NCBI RefSeq assembly: GCF_022770205.1
Contig: NZ_JALEIK010000038.1
Span: 101,816-165,815 of the forward strand
Reading direction: 5' to 3'
DNA: 64,000 nt
Origin: Helicobacter sp.
GTDB lineage: Bacteria; Campylobacterota; Campylobacteria; Campylobacterales; Helicobacteraceae
Below the pieces are notes generated by a model, which did no database searches, had not been told where the DNA came from, and saw nothing but the letters and a program-made list of their open reading frames with translations. Shown one piece after another: positions 48,463-59,255 of the stretch; position 1 is the stretch's first letter, and the number at the start of each line of letters is the position of its first letter. The position numbers and the translations under genes were made by a program.

Positions 48463-48824
48463 ACAACCTCCCTTAAATTTTGATTGATAATCCTTGCGAT
48501 TTCTTCTAATGATTCTCCATTTATGCAATCTTCCCAAAGTTTGGGGCTTAACAAGTTGGAATCGTAATGGATTGTAAGAGAGCCAACTAAAGGATTGAAT
48601 TTAATAGAAAGAATCAAAGGAATCTTTTTTAATATTTCTAAAAGTGCCTTTGGATTAATCTTATTTTCCTGTGCAGCAGTTTTTAACTTTAAACTTGCTC
48701 TAAGACGGATTCTACCTTTTGTGTGATGCACAATTGAAAAATAATCTTTTAAAAACTGCAAATCATCAGATTTTATTTCCAAGTCTCTTAAGGTATCAAG
48801 CAATTTTGCTTTGTCGTCTCCCAT
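48459..48824 (-). CDS. HMA2-like domain protein (FezC-like), first gene of operon
   Basis: HHTKGRIRLR and IKFNPLVGSLTIHYD; start set at ATG 48824. Confidence 0.75.
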   Translation of the reverse strand: MGDDKAKLLDTLRDLEIKSDDLQFLKDYFSIVHHTKGRIRLRASLKLKTAAQENKINPKALLEILKKIPLILSIKFNPLVGSLTIHYDSNLLSPKLWEDCINGESLEEIARIINQNLREVV

Positions 48825-48992
48825 AAAAATCCACTTAAAATAAATTTGTCGCAAATTTTAGAATAAAGGTTATAAAATTTTTCTTAATAAAAAAATAATG
48901 GGATTTAATAAAAATAAAAACACCTTTATATTCAATGGATTCTAAGGGTATAAAATTCTCTAAAAATTAAAAAATAAGAATCAAAAATAAAG

Positions 48993-49835
48993 TTAATCTT
49001 GTGTGCTAAAATTAAAAATCTTAGATTCTTCCATTTTGGATTTTGTATTTTCTTCTAAAGCAAGCTCTGCTTTTTGACTATCAATATTGACTAGCCAATA
49101 AAATGTATTTGCGCCTTCAATGGAGGGTTTAACTCTGGCAATTTGATACCCTTGCTGCTCTTCTACAGATTCCACGATACCTACAAGCACGCCGGGATAA
49201 AAAATCTCATCAAAACCGCTTGTTTGAACTTGTTCTCCTACTTCAATTTTAGGATATAAGGGGATATAATCTACTACAAAGCCTTTGTTTAAGTCGTGCT
49301 TTGCAACTCCAGGGGCTTTCTTGTCCCCTATTGTTACACTATAACTGCATTTTTCGTTACCATTTAAATAGCCTAGCAAGCGACCATTTTGCATTGTGGC
49401 AATTCCTGCTGCTTTATTTTGGATAATCAATCCAAAAATTGTATTTTCTTTTTGTTGCAATGCATCTTTTTGTTCAAGCCAAACTTTTGTGTAATTATTT
49501 ATTTCCACATAGGAAATCATTCTAGTGAGTATAATTTGCATCGCACTTGGTTTGGATTCCAATGCTTGCAAAAGTGTGTCGTGTTCAATTTTTAGCGCAT
49601 CGTAAGAATATTGAAGTTTTTCCTTGTCTGCAAGGGCATTTGTCAAGTTTTTAATCTGTTGCACTTGATTAAAATAGCGTGTGATAATATTTGAAAAATT
49701 ATTGTTTAAATTTAGAATTCCAATTTTTACTGCATCACTTAAATATAAGACTTTTGAATGAAACTCTTTAGATATTTGTATGGAAATAAAAAAAGCAACT
49801 GCTAAGAACAATATCCAAAGAAAAAGTTTTTTCAA
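48993..49835 (-). CDS. mreC: Rod shape-determining protein MreC
   Basis: N-terminal TM, coiled coil, TSGFDEIFYPGVLVG; downstream of mreB. Confidence 0.9.
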   Translation of the reverse strand: MKKLFLWILFLAVAFFISIQISKEFHSKVLYLSDAVKIGILNLNNNFSNIITRYFNQVQQIKNLTNALADKEKLQYSYDALKIEHDTLLQALESKPSAMQIILTRMISYVEINNYTKVWLEQKDALQQKENTIFGLIIQNKAAGIATMQNGRLLGYLNGNEKCSYSVTIGDKKAPGVAKHDLNKGFVVDYIPLYPKIEVGEQVQTSGFDEIFYPGVLVGIVESVEEQQGYQIARVKPSIEGANTFYWLVNIDSQKAELALEENTKSKMEESKIFNFSTQD

Positions 49836-49844
49836 TGTTTGCCA

Positions 49845-50879
49845 TCACTCGTATGTAAGTTGCTGTAAGACATCAATTTCTTCTAGGGCTTTGCCTGTTC
49901 CTTTTGCCACACATAACAATGGATCATCACCTACATACACAGGAAGTTTAACAATGTCTGAAAGATACTTATCAAGTCCGCGAATTAAAGCACCACCACC
50001 TGTTAGTGCGATTCCATTCTCTACAATATCTCCTGCTAAATCTGGTGGCATTTGTTCTAGCACATCTTTGAGCGCATTTGAAATCTCTTTAAGAGTTTCT
50101 TTCATTGCTTCTCTTACATCTTCACTTGTTAGTTCAATAGAGTTTAGCAGACCGCTGACTTGATCGCGCCCTTTAACTTGCATTGAAAGTGGCTCATCAA
50201 GGCTAACTGCTGAACCAATTTGAATCTTAATTTCCTCCCCCGTGCGCTCACCAATTAATAAGCTATATTTTCTGCGCACATAATCCACAACCGCCATATC
50301 TAGTTTATCTCCAGCAGTGCGCAGAGATTTTGAAATCACAAGTCCCCCAAGAGAAATCACACCAATTTCTGTCGTCCCTCCGCCAATGTCTACTACTAAA
50401 CTTCCTTTGGGTTCTTTTACGGGGAGTCCTGCCCCAATTGCTGCTGCCATTGGCTCTTCAATTAAAAAGACTTCTCTAGCTCCTGCGCTAATTGCAGATT
50501 CTCTAACAGCCTTACGCTCCACTCCTGTTAGTCCATAAGGCACGCATACGATAATCCTAGGACGTATTAGTGCTTTTCTGCGATGTGCTTTTTCAATAAA
50601 ATGGCGAATCATTTTTTCTGTCATATCAAAATCTGCAATCACCCCATCTTTCATAGGGCGCACAGCTGTAATGCTTCCGGGTGTTTTGCCTACCATTTCT
50701 TTGGCTTCTTGTCCAACAGCTAAAATTTTGTTTTTTCCGTAACGATCATTTTGCACAGCCACAACAGAAGGTTCATTAATGATTACCCCCTGTCCTTTGA
50801 CTAGGACAATCGTATTTGCTGTCCCAAGATCAATGGAGATATCGTGTGAAAACCAACCAATTATTTTATCTATTAACAT
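49845..50879 (-). CDS. mreB: Actin-like rod shape protein
   Basis: IDLGTANT, RPMKDGVIADF, VDIGGGTTE, LTGGGAL; start set at ATG 50879. Confidence 0.98.
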   Translation of the reverse strand: MLIDKIIGWFSHDISIDLGTANTIVLVKGQGVIINEPSVVAVQNDRYGKNKILAVGQEAKEMVGKTPGSITAVRPMKDGVIADFDMTEKMIRHFIEKAHRRKALIRPRIIVCVPYGLTGVERKAVRESAISAGAREVFLIEEPMAAAIGAGLPVKEPKGSLVVDIGGGTTEIGVISLGGLVISKSLRTAGDKLDMAVVDYVRRKYSLLIGERTGEEIKIQIGSAVSLDEPLSMQVKGRDQVSGLLNSIELTSEDVREAMKETLKEISNALKDVLEQMPPDLAGDIVENGIALTGGGALIRGLDKYLSDIVKLPVYVGDDPLLCVAKGTGKALEEIDVLQQLTYE

Positions 50880-50901
50880 TTTCTCTCTCTTTTGTGTAGA
50901 T

Positions 50902-52146
50902 TTAAGCACTTTTTTTGCTTGTTTTTTTCTGCTTTACTAGCATTGGTTTTGCTTCTTTTAATACAGCTTCTTTTGTGATAATCACTTCATAGTCTTTAAG
51001 TTCTGGTAAATCATACATCACATCTAGCATAATGTCTTCTAAAATTGCACGCAAACCTCTAGCCCCAGTCTTCCTAGAAATTGCAAGTTCTGCTATTTCT
51101 TCTAATGCTTCTTCTTTAAAAGTGAGTTGCGCACCATCAAGTGCAAAAAGTTTTTTATATTGCTTTGTGAGTGCATTTTTTGGTTTTTGTAGAATTTCTA
51201 CCATTGCTTCTTTTGTGATTTCTTCAAGTGTTGCAAACATATGCAAACGCCCGATGAGTTCAGGGATTAAGCCATAATTTACTAAATCATCAGGTTCAAC
51301 AAGCTCTAATGCATATTCCGATTCCATCTTTTTGCCTTGTTTATTTTGGAATCCTAGCGTATTTCCTCCAAGCCTACGCGCAATAATATCCTTTAGCCCA
51401 TCAAATGCACCTCCACAAATAAATAAAATGTCTTTTGTGTTAATCTGAATGAAATCTTGATTAGGATGTTTTCTGCCGCCCTTTGGTGGGACATTTACCA
51501 CACTTCCTTCAATGATTTTTAAAAGTGCTTGTTGCACGCCTTCCCCTGAAACATCGCGTGTAATAGAGCGATTTTCTGAAAGTCTTGAAATTTTATCAAT
51601 TTCATCAATGAAAACGATTCCTTTTTGTGCTTTTTCCACATCTCCATTTGCTTCTTGTAAAAGCCTTGTTAAAATGTTTTCCACATCTTCACCCACATAC
51701 CCTGCCTCTGTTAGACTTGTTGCATCGCAAATGGCAATGGGAATGTTTAAAAATTTCGCCAAAGTTTGTGCCATTAGCGTTTTTCCACTTCCTGTTGGAC
51801 CAATTAGTAGAATGTTAGACTTTGTGATTTCTGTGTCATCTTCTTGTGTTGCAGTCCCTTGTAGCACGCGTTTGTAATGATTATACACTGCAACACTGAA
51901 AACCTTTTTTGCCTTTTCTTGTCCAATGACATACGCATCAAGTGTTGTTTTTAATTCCTTTGGAGGGACAATTTTGAAATCACTTATCTCTTTTTCTGTT
52001 TCTTCGTCTTTGTGGTGTTCTATTCCAAATAACAAGTTATAAGATGCAATAATGCAGTTTTTACAAATACAAGCACCATTACCGGAAATTAAGGGATTTT
52101 TAATAGATTCCTTACTTTTACAAAAATCACAAATTCTATCACTCAT
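50902..52146 (-). CDS. clpX: ATP-dependent Clp protease ATP-binding subunit
   Basis: C.FC...C..C Zn finger, [26 protein letters not shown]. Confidence 0.98.
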   Translation of the reverse strand: MSDRICDFCKSKESIKNPLISGNGACICKNCIIASYNLLFGIEHHKDEETEKEISDFKIVPPKELKTTLDAYVIGQEKAKKVFSVAVYNHYKRVLQGTATQEDDTEITKSNILLIGPTGSGKTLMAQTLAKFLNIPIAICDATSLTEAGYVGEDVENILTRLLQEANGDVEKAQKGIVFIDEIDKISRLSENRSITRDVSGEGVQQALLKIIEGSVVNVPPKGGRKHPNQDFIQINTKDILFICGGAFDGLKDIIARRLGGNTLGFQNKQGKKMESEYALELVEPDDLVNYGLIPELIGRLHMFATLEEITKEAMVEILQKPKNALTKQYKKLFALDGAQLTFKEEALEEIAELAISRKTGARGLRAILEDIMLDVMYDLPELKDYEVIITKEAVLKEAKPMLVKQKKTSKKSA

Positions 52147-52945
52147 AATTCTTCCTTACAAATGGGATTCCACGCGTGGAATCTATTATAAATTGACACA
52201 TTTTTATAACATTTCCATCTTGTAGATTTTCCTCTAAAATTTCTTTGGCAATCTCTTTAATGGGTGCGTTGCCTAAAAATAGGCGTTTGTAAGCATTGTG
52301 AATTTTATCCACTTGGTGGTGTTCAAAGCTTTTGCGCAATCTATGCAAGTTTAGCCCGCGAATTACTGCACGATTCCCCTCTGCCATACAAAAGGGTGGA
52401 ATGTCTTGTGAAAGTGCGCTTGCCCCTGCAATCATTGCATAATCCCCAACTTTCACAAACTGATGAATAGGTGTTAAGCCCCCAATATTAATGTAGTTTC
52501 CAAGCACAATATGTCCGCCTAGCGTTGCTCCATTTGCTAAAATGCAAGAATCCCCAACAATGCAATCGTGCGCAATATGCACATACGCCATTAGTAAATT
52601 TTTGCTTCCAATAATGGTTTTCCCGCCTCCACCTTCTGTGCCGGGATTTATCATCGTAAATTCTCTAATTTTATTATAATCCCCAAAAATTAGTGCATTT
52701 GGTTCACCATTATACTTTAAATCCTGTGGTTGCGTTCCAAGTACCGCATTTGGAAAAATTTCATTTCCTTTACCTAGAGTTGTGTTGCCAAGAATTGTTA
52801 CGCAATGATAAAGCTTGCAGCCATCACCAATTTTTACATCTTTTCCAATCACACTATAATGTCCAATTTCTACATTTTCTCCAATGATTGCCCCCTCTTC
52901 AATGATGGCTGTTTTGGCAATTTTTGCTGACTTTGCGACGCTCAC
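52139..52945 (-). CDS. lpxA: UDP-N-acetylglucosamine O-acyltransferase
   Basis: Hexapeptide repeats, [20 protein letters not shown]. Confidence 0.97.
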   Translation of the reverse strand: MSVAKSAKIAKTAIIEEGAIIGENVEIGHYSVIGKDVKIGDGCKLYHCVTILGNTTLGKGNEIFPNAVLGTQPQDLKYNGEPNALIFGDYNKIREFTMINPGTEGGGGKTIIGSKNLLMAYVHIAHDCIVGDSCILANGATLGGHIVLGNYINIGGLTPIHQFVKVGDYAMIAGASALSQDIPPFCMAEGNRAVIRGLNLHRLRKSFEHHQVDKIHNAYKRLFLGNAPIKEIAKEILEENLQDGNVIKMCQFIIDSTRGIPFVRKNYE

Positions 52946-53412
52946 TTTTGTGCCTTTTTTTCTGCATTATCCACAACCATTGCCTTAAGCTCCGCTTCTG
53001 CAACAAGCTTATTATCCACATATGCATAGCCTTGAAGCACCCAAATCCCCCCTTTTTGCTTCAAAACCTCTAGCTTATACACAAGCTTATCACCGGGAAT
53101 TACAGGATTTCTAAATTTTGCTTTATCAATGCTCATAAAATACACAATCTTATCGCCATTATTGTATGCTTCCTCTCCAAACATACTCACAAATGCCAAA
53201 ACACCGCCTGTTTGTGCCATTCCTTCAATAATATATACACCCGGATAAATTGGTTGAATGGGAAAATGCCCATTGAATACATCTTCATTGATTGTTATGT
53301 TTTTATACCCTTCAATGTTTGTATTTGGTGTAATTGTTGTAACCCTATCTACTAATAATAACGGATAGCGGTGCGGTAAAATTTCACGAATCTTTTGCAC
53401 ATCAAAAATCAT
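52942..53412 (-). CDS. fabZ: 3-hydroxyacyl-ACP dehydratase
   Basis: [23 protein letters not shown]. Confidence 0.97.
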   Translation of the reverse strand: MIFDVQKIREILPHRYPLLLVDRVTTITPNTNIEGYKNITINEDVFNGHFPIQPIYPGVYIIEGMAQTGGVLAFVSMFGEEAYNNGDKIVYFMSIDKAKFRNPVIPGDKLVYKLEVLKQKGGIWVLQGYAYVDNKLVAEAELKAMVVDNAEKKAQK

Positions 53413-53422
53413 TTTACTCCTT

Positions 53423-54802
53423 TTATAGTCCCATTTTTCCCGGATTTAAAATATTGTTTGGATCAAAGGCTTGTTTAATGGAACGGAATAATTGCATCTC
53501 TTCTTGTGAAAATGCTAGATGCATAAAAGGTGCTTTAGATAATCCGATTCCGTGTTCTCCACTAAGCGTTCCACCAAGTTCTACCGTGATTTCAAAAATC
53601 TCTTCAATTGCCTTATGTCCTTTTTCTAATTCCTGTGGATTTGTGCCATCTACCATCACATTTGTATGCACATTTCCATCACCAGTATGCCCAAAACACG
53701 GAATCACAACGCCATACTTTTTAGATACTGCAGCTATTCTTTCTAAAAGCTCTGGAAGTTTTGCGCGCGGCACAGTGATGTCTTCATTTATTTTTTTACT
53801 TCCATAAATAGTGATGCTAGGACTTGCATTTTTGCGCGCAAACCATAAATCTGCTGCTTCTTGCTCGTTGTTTGCTTTAATAAAATCTATTGCACCATTT
53901 TCGCGGAATTTTTCCTCCACCTTACTTAATTGATAGGCAATCTCTTCTTGCAAGTTGCCATCAACTTCGGTGATTAAAATTGCTCCTGCGTCCTTTGGCA
54001 AGCCTTTATTGAATTTCTCTTCTACTGCTCTAATGCTAAGATTGTCTAAAAATTCCATTGCAACAGGAGTAACTCCGCTTGCCATTGTTTTATACACTGC
54101 ATTCATTGCTGATTGTATGCTAGGAAATATACCCATTGCGCTTTGTCTGTGCTTTGGTTTGCTAAGAAGTTTGAGTGTGATCTCTGTGATCACTCCAAGA
54201 GTGCCTTCGCTTGCAATAAGGATTCCAGCAATATTATATCCCGCCACATCTTTAATTGTCTTTTTGCCTGCACGGATTACATCTCCATTTGGGAGAACAG
54301 CCCGTAGAGCCATCACATAATCTTTTGTGATTCCGTATTTTGCAGCACGCATTCCTCCAGCATTCTCACTGACATTTCCGCCAAGTGTAGAGTAATGCTC
54401 ACTTGCAGGATCTGGCGGGTAAAACAATCCTACAGCTTCCACTGCCTTTTGAAGTTGCATATTTACAACTCCGGGTTGGACGCGTGCTACCATATTTTCC
54501 ATATCAATTTCTAAGATTTGATTCATATGCTTTTCTAGTGCTAGCACAACACCACCATTAACAGCTAGTGAGCCTCCTGTAAAGCCACTTCCTGCACCGC
54601 GTGGAATGATTGGGATTAAATGTGTGTTGCAATATTTTAAAATAGCACTCACTTCTTCTTCGTTATGCGGAAATACTACACATTCTGGATATTTACGCTC
54701 TTTTGTAGCATCGTAGCAATATGCACTTAAATGCGCTTTATCGCTAAAACATTCATTCTTGCCAACAATAGCTTCAAGATCCTTGATGTTTTGATGAGTC
54801 AT
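53423..54802 (-). CDS. glcD: FAD-linked oxidase, GlcD family
   Basis: [38 protein letters not shown]. Confidence 0.85.
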   Translation of the reverse strand: MTHQNIKDLEAIVGKNECFSDKAHLSAYCYDATKERKYPECVVFPHNEEEVSAILKYCNTHLIPIIPRGAGSGFTGGSLAVNGGVVLALEKHMNQILEIDMENMVARVQPGVVNMQLQKAVEAVGLFYPPDPASEHYSTLGGNVSENAGGMRAAKYGITKDYVMALRAVLPNGDVIRAGKKTIKDVAGYNIAGILIASEGTLGVITEITLKLLSKPKHRQSAMGIFPSIQSAMNAVYKTMASGVTPVAMEFLDNLSIRAVEEKFNKGLPKDAGAILITEVDGNLQEEIAYQLSKVEEKFRENGAIDFIKANNEQEAADLWFARKNASPSITIYGSKKINEDITVPRAKLPELLERIAAVSKKYGVVIPCFGHTGDGNVHTNVMVDGTNPQELEKGHKAIEEIFEITVELGGTLSGEHGIGLSKAPFMHLAFSQEEMQLFRSIKQAFDPNNILNPGKMGL

Positions 54803-55653
54803 CTTGCGCCTTTAGAAAATATTTTAATTTGATTTGTGAAATACTTTGTAACACGCCCAAAAAATGTTGCATCTTCATCACTAATGTCGCCTTTTAAAAG
54901 TGCATCAAAATACAAATAATAATCGCGCGTTGTTACATTATTGATTAAGTAGGTAAACCAGTTTTGGTTGTCAATTCCAATGCGCGAGAAAAAAGGTAGC
55001 ATTCTTTCATCAACTGGTGCGCGCCCTGTAATGTAGTCTTTTTTTATGGCTATAAAAGTTTGGCAATCTAATGCTTGCCCTTCATTAAGATTGACTAAAT
55101 ACACAATTCCAGCAGCATATTGCGTGCAAACTTTACGAAAATCTCCCTTTACGGGTGAAGTGTGTCCAACATCCATTAAATATGCTGCTAGCAAATCTGG
55201 GTGTAACCAAGTAACATCGGGATATGCTGCCTGAATTTTTTCATAGATTTCTTGAGAAGGAGCTACCAAAAATGCGCGATCATTAAAAGAGCGAAAAATC
55301 ACTTCATCACCCTTCTTGGGAAAAAGGATTGGTGCTGGAAAAGCCCCTTGTTCTAAGCCTTCAAATGGTTCAAAGGCTATTTTTGCGCGTGCATCTTTAA
55401 TTTCTACAACTGCAGCCCTAGCGACAATTGTTGAATGTTCTTTTGTAAACCAACGCACAATCTCACCACTCTCGCCAACTTTCAAATCAAACGCTGGAAC
55501 ATAGGCGTAATGTTTGGGATCTTTATCTAATTCCACAATGGGAACAATTAATTTATTGCCAAAAGGAGAAGCATAGGACAAAATGCTAAAAAGCGCAATC
55601 AATAAAGAATATTTTAAGAAGTCTTGAAAGGAATTTAAAAATTTCATAAGCAA
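54799..55653 (-). CDS. Exported protein, plasminogen-binding N-terminal domain-like
   Basis: Signal peptide; HSTIVARA, P.P.KGDEVIF, HPDL.AAYL, LDC.TF motifs recalled from this epsilonproteobacterial family. Confidence 0.6.
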   Translation of the reverse strand: MLMKFLNSFQDFLKYSLLIALFSILSYASPFGNKLIVPIVELDKDPKHYAYVPAFDLKVGESGEIVRWFTKEHSTIVARAAVVEIKDARAKIAFEPFEGLEQGAFPAPILFPKKGDEVIFRSFNDRAFLVAPSQEIYEKIQAAYPDVTWLHPDLLAAYLMDVGHTSPVKGDFRKVCTQYAAGIVYLVNLNEGQALDCQTFIAIKKDYITGRAPVDERMLPFFSRIGIDNQNWFTYLINNVTTRDYYLYFDALLKGDISDEDATFFGRVTKYFTNQIKIFSKGAR

Positions 55654-55843
55654 ACCCTTTTAAAAGCCAATAATTGCTGCAATTAAATGTTTAAAAAACT
55701 AGAAACAAACATTGGGATTTTAATTTATATTTGCTTAAAGCGTGGCAATGTTTTGTGTATTTTCTTGCATTATTGGGTTTAAATTGTGGAATCTTTTTTG
55801 CTTAAAGTGTGGATTATTTATGATTTTGAAAGGATTAATTTGA

Positions 55844-56413
55844 ATGCTTGTTAATAGAAGTTTAAACGCACCGGGCTTAAATGAAATTTTCAACGATGCA
55901 CAAAAGGTGCAATCCCATAAAAATATGCAACACATTGATGCAATTAATCCACAAAATCAGGAGCAGGATTCTGCATTTAAAGAGCGTGTAACTTATGGGC
56001 TTGTAAGCCTTGAAATAATGAGTGATGAGCAATATAAAGCATTTGAGCGTGTTACTGCTAATATGTCGCCTAATGAGAAAATTGCTGTAGCACAGATTCT
56101 AACGCGCGCTGGAAATCTAAGTGCTAGCGTTGAGCATATAAGGGAACAAGAAAGAGCAGTTGCTGACCAAAATGTAAAAAGCGCACAAGGCTTTTTGGGC
56201 ATTACACAGGATGGTTGGAAAGAAGTGGCAAAGGAATTTCAAGAAAATCTTAATCACTTAGAGGGAATCTACACAAAAAGTTATAATAAAAACATTACAA
56301 GCAATTATAATGACATTTTGCGTAAGAATGATGAAGCCAAGACACAACGCATTTTAAGAGAGTTTAGCCACGCAATTTATAGCGGTAGTGTGCGCATAGA
56401 CACAATGGGTTAG
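55844..56413 (+). CDS. Hypothetical protein
   Basis: SD AAAGGA, 189-aa open frame. Confidence 0.6.
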   Translation: MLVNRSLNAPGLNEIFNDAQKVQSHKNMQHIDAINPQNQEQDSAFKERVTYGLVSLEIMSDEQYKAFERVTANMSPNEKIAVAQILTRAGNLSASVEHIREQERAVADQNVKSAQGFLGITQDGWKEVAKEFQENLNHLEGIYTKSYNKNITSNYNDILRKNDEAKTQRILREFSHAIYSGSVRIDTMG

Positions 56414-56465
56414 TCTTTATCATTTTTTAAAGAAAAGAATATTACAATCCGCATTCCACTTTTTT

Positions 56466-56543
56466 GCCAAGGTAGCTCAGCTGGTTTAGAGCGCTGGTCT
56501 CATAAGCCGGAGGTCGGGGGTTCGAGTCCCCCCTTTGGTACCA
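56466..56543 (+). tRNA. tRNA-Met/Ile2 (CAT anticodon, non-initiator)
   Basis: GCCAAGG/CTTTGGT acceptor, loop CTCATAA, GGGGG-TTCGAGT-CCCCC, CCA. Confidence 0.92.
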
Positions 56544-56562
56544 CTTTAAATTTTCTATTAAT

Positions 56563-56639
56563 GCGCTCATAGCTCAGCTGGATAGAGCAACGGCCTTCTA
56601 AGCCGTAGGTCAGAGGTTCGAATCCTCTTGGGCGTACCA
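56563..56639 (+). tRNA. tRNA-Arg (TCT)
   Basis: GCGCTCA acceptor, loop CTTCTAA, GGTTCGAATCC, CCA. Confidence 0.96.
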
Positions 56640-56802
56640 CTTTAGCCAATGCTCCCATTTTAGATTCTATTAGCTGCTAAATAAGCTTTTTAAGCATTGA
56701 TTCCCTTTTGCACATAAGAAAAGGCGATTTTGACAAAAATAATTTAAATTTTAAAAAGTAAGAAATTTGTAAGCTAAAGTGCAAGGAAAATATAGGGTTT
56801 GC

Positions 56803-56909
56803 AAAGCCTTTTAGGATTTTAAATTTTCCAAACAAGAGAAGGAGAACCTGAAAATTGCAAGCATTTTTCTTCCTTATTGCTTGTAAGATTTAAAATCCTA
56901 AAAGGCTTT
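56803..56909. repeat. 107-bp element bounded by perfect 22-bp inverted repeats
   Basis: AAAGCCTTTTAGGATTTTAAAT (56803-56824) and its reverse complement (56888-56909). Confidence 0.85.
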
Positions 56910-57056
56910 TTAAGAGTTTGTAAGTTCCCTTAAATAGAATCTAAAAAGTTGGAATTAGAATTTAAAACACTAAAAGACTTGTTTTGATATAAAAACCAAC
57001 AATGCGATTCCAACCTTATGAAGCTTCAGTTATTTAAGAAGTTTTAAAGAGTTCGC

Positions 57057-57073
57057 AAAACCGCCAAAAGCGG
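57057..57073 (-). terminator. Probable intrinsic terminator of actP
   Basis: Minus strand CCGC-TTTTG-GCGG followed by TTTT. Confidence 0.5.
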
Positions 57074-57082
57074 AATCGCAAA

Positions 57083-58744
57083 TCAATGTGCTACCGCTTC
57101 GCTAATCCCAACTCCGCTTTGTGCGCGAAAGTCTTGTGCGTCAAACCCTGCTCTATCTACTTTTGCACGCTTGCTATTGTCTAGTTTTGAGATGAAGTAA
57201 ATAAGCATAAAAGTTAATGGCATAGAGAAAAGTGCTGGGTGGTCATAAGGAAAAATTGCTTCTGCAAATCCAAAGCTTTTTACCCAAATGCTAGGGCTTA
57301 AAAGCACCATAGTAACTACTACTACAAGCCCGATTAATCCGCCCCAAAATACCCCTTTTGTTGTCAGTCCCTTCCAATAAATGCTTAAAAGTAAAATCGG
57401 AAAATTTACACTAGCAGCAATTGCAAAGGCAAGCCCAACGGTAAATGCAACATTTTGATTTTCAAACACAATTCCTAAAATAATCGCAAAAATTCCGATT
57501 CCAATTGTGGCAATTCTTGTTACTTGCATTTCAAGTTTTGAATCGCATTGTCCATTTTTGCAAACATTAACAAATAAATCGTGAGAAATTGCTCCAGCTC
57601 CAGAAATTGCTAGTCCAGCAACGACTGCCAAAATCGTAGCAAACGCAACTGCAGAGATAAATCCCAAGAAGAAATCCCCACCAATAGCCTGTGCAAGAGT
57701 GATTGCTACCATATTTGAGATTCCATTAAAGCTACCATCAGCATTTGTAAATTCTGGATTTCCAAGCAATAGTGCTATTGCTCCAAATCCAATAATAAAA
57801 GTTAAGATATAAAAATATCCGATTAATCCTGTTGCATAAAACACAGATTTTCTAGCTTCTTTTGCATCTTTTACGGTAAAAAAGCGCATTAAAATGTGTG
57901 GCAACCCTGCTGTTCCAAACATTAGCGCAAGCCCTAAAGAGAGTGCAGAAATCGTATTGGGTAAGAATCCACCCGGAAGCATTATTGCCTCTCCTTTTGG
58001 ATGATTTTGCACCGCTTGTGTAAAATAATAAGTCAAATCAAATTTTGTTATGTATAAAATCATTAATGCCATAAAAGTTGCTCCGCCAAGCAATAAAATT
58101 GCTTTTATGATTTGCACCCAAGTTGTTGCGTGCATTCCTCCAAAGACAACATAGCAAATTATTAAGATTCCTACAAGCACGACAGCCATAGTGTAAGGAA
58201 GTCCAAATAAAAGTTGAATGAGCTGTCCAGCACCCACCATTTGAGCAATGAGATAAAACACAATCACGCTAAGTGCAGAAACTGCCGAAATCACGCGAAT
58301 AGGCTTTGCATTTAAGCGATATGCCGTAATATCTGCAAAGGTAAATTTGCCAAGGTTTCTAAATTTTTCTGCGATTAAAAATAAGATAATAGGCCAGCCC
58401 GCAAGGAATCCAATAGAATAAATCAATCCATCAAAGCCATTTGTGAAAACAAGTGCTGTAATCCCAAGAAAACTAGCAGCACTCATAAAATCTCCAGCAA
58501 TTGCCGTCCCATTTTGCAAACCTGTGATATTTCCGCCTGCTGTGTAAAATCCACTTGCGCTTTGGCTTTTTTTGTTTGAATAATAAGTGATTAACAATGT
58601 AGCGCATACAAAAATTAGAAACATTGTTACCGCAATAGGATTAAACGCCTTTTGTGTGACATTTTCTACATCAAAACTTGCTGCATTGGCAAAGCTAATA
58701 TTAACAAGCAATGCGCTAAAGATTAGTTTAATATTTTTTGCCAT
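57083..58744 (-). CDS. actP: Cation/acetate symporter (SSS family)
   Basis: [44 protein letters not shown]. Confidence 0.93.
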   Translation of the reverse strand: MAKNIKLIFSALLVNISFANAASFDVENVTQKAFNPIAVTMFLIFVCATLLITYYSNKKSQSASGFYTAGGNITGLQNGTAIAGDFMSAASFLGITALVFTNGFDGLIYSIGFLAGWPIILFLIAEKFRNLGKFTFADITAYRLNAKPIRVISAVSALSVIVFYLIAQMVGAGQLIQLLFGLPYTMAVVLVGILIICYVVFGGMHATTWVQIIKAILLLGGATFMALMILYITKFDLTYYFTQAVQNHPKGEAIMLPGGFLPNTISALSLGLALMFGTAGLPHILMRFFTVKDAKEARKSVFYATGLIGYFYILTFIIGFGAIALLLGNPEFTNADGSFNGISNMVAITLAQAIGGDFFLGFISAVAFATILAVVAGLAISGAGAISHDLFVNVCKNGQCDSKLEMQVTRIATIGIGIFAIILGIVFENQNVAFTVGLAFAIAASVNFPILLLSIYWKGLTTKGVFWGGLIGLVVVVTMVLLSPSIWVKSFGFAEAIFPYDHPALFSMPLTFMLIYFISKLDNSKRAKVDRAGFDAQDFRAQSGVGISEAVAH

Positions 58745-59075
58745 TTTTCAAATCCTCCAATGCTCCACTTTGCTCTAGGCTTTGTAAAATCTCCTCTTGC
58801 TTCTTATCAAAATATTGATTTGCAAAAAATGTATAAAGCCCTGTAACTACGATACATAAGATAATTAGAAAGATTCCAACAATAATACCAAGTGTAATAA
58901 AGCTAGGACCTAAATGGTATCCTAAAACATCTGGAAAAAGCCCAATGCTAACCACAAAGGCATAGTAACACACTAAAACAATAGCAGATAACCATAATGC
59001 TATTTTGTTTCTAAAAGAAACAAACTTTTTAAATGCTTGGATGGATTGCTGATAATCTAAATTTTCATTCATCAA
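58728..59075 (-). CDS. DUF485 (YjcH-like) membrane protein
   Basis: Two TM helices, Y...AN..FD; directly upstream of actP. Confidence 0.88.
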   Translation of the reverse strand: MMNENLDYQQSIQAFKKFVSFRNKIALWLSAIVLVCYYAFVVSIGLFPDVLGYHLGPSFITLGIIVGIFLIILCIVVTGLYTFFANQYFDKKQEEILQSLEQSGALEDLKNGKKY

Positions 59076-59255
59076 TACTCCTTATAAATTAAAATGAATT
59101 TTTGTAATGCTACAAAAAATTTTACAAACAAATGTAGTGAAACATTAAAATTTTAATAAAATAGATTCCATATCTTGTATATAAGTAACATAGAAGGATA
59201 ATTATTACTTTTTGAAACAAATTTTAATGTATTCTAGTGCATTTTGGCTTCAAAA

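Noticed and set aside
48463-48537. ORF-track N-terminal extension of the ferritin-like gene
   Set aside because: Lies within the HMA2 gene; the ATGA overlap and GGAGG SD support 48462
56640-57082. CRISPR array or intact IS element
   Set aside because: Repeats are inverted, not regularly spaced direct repeats; no transposase or cas ORF
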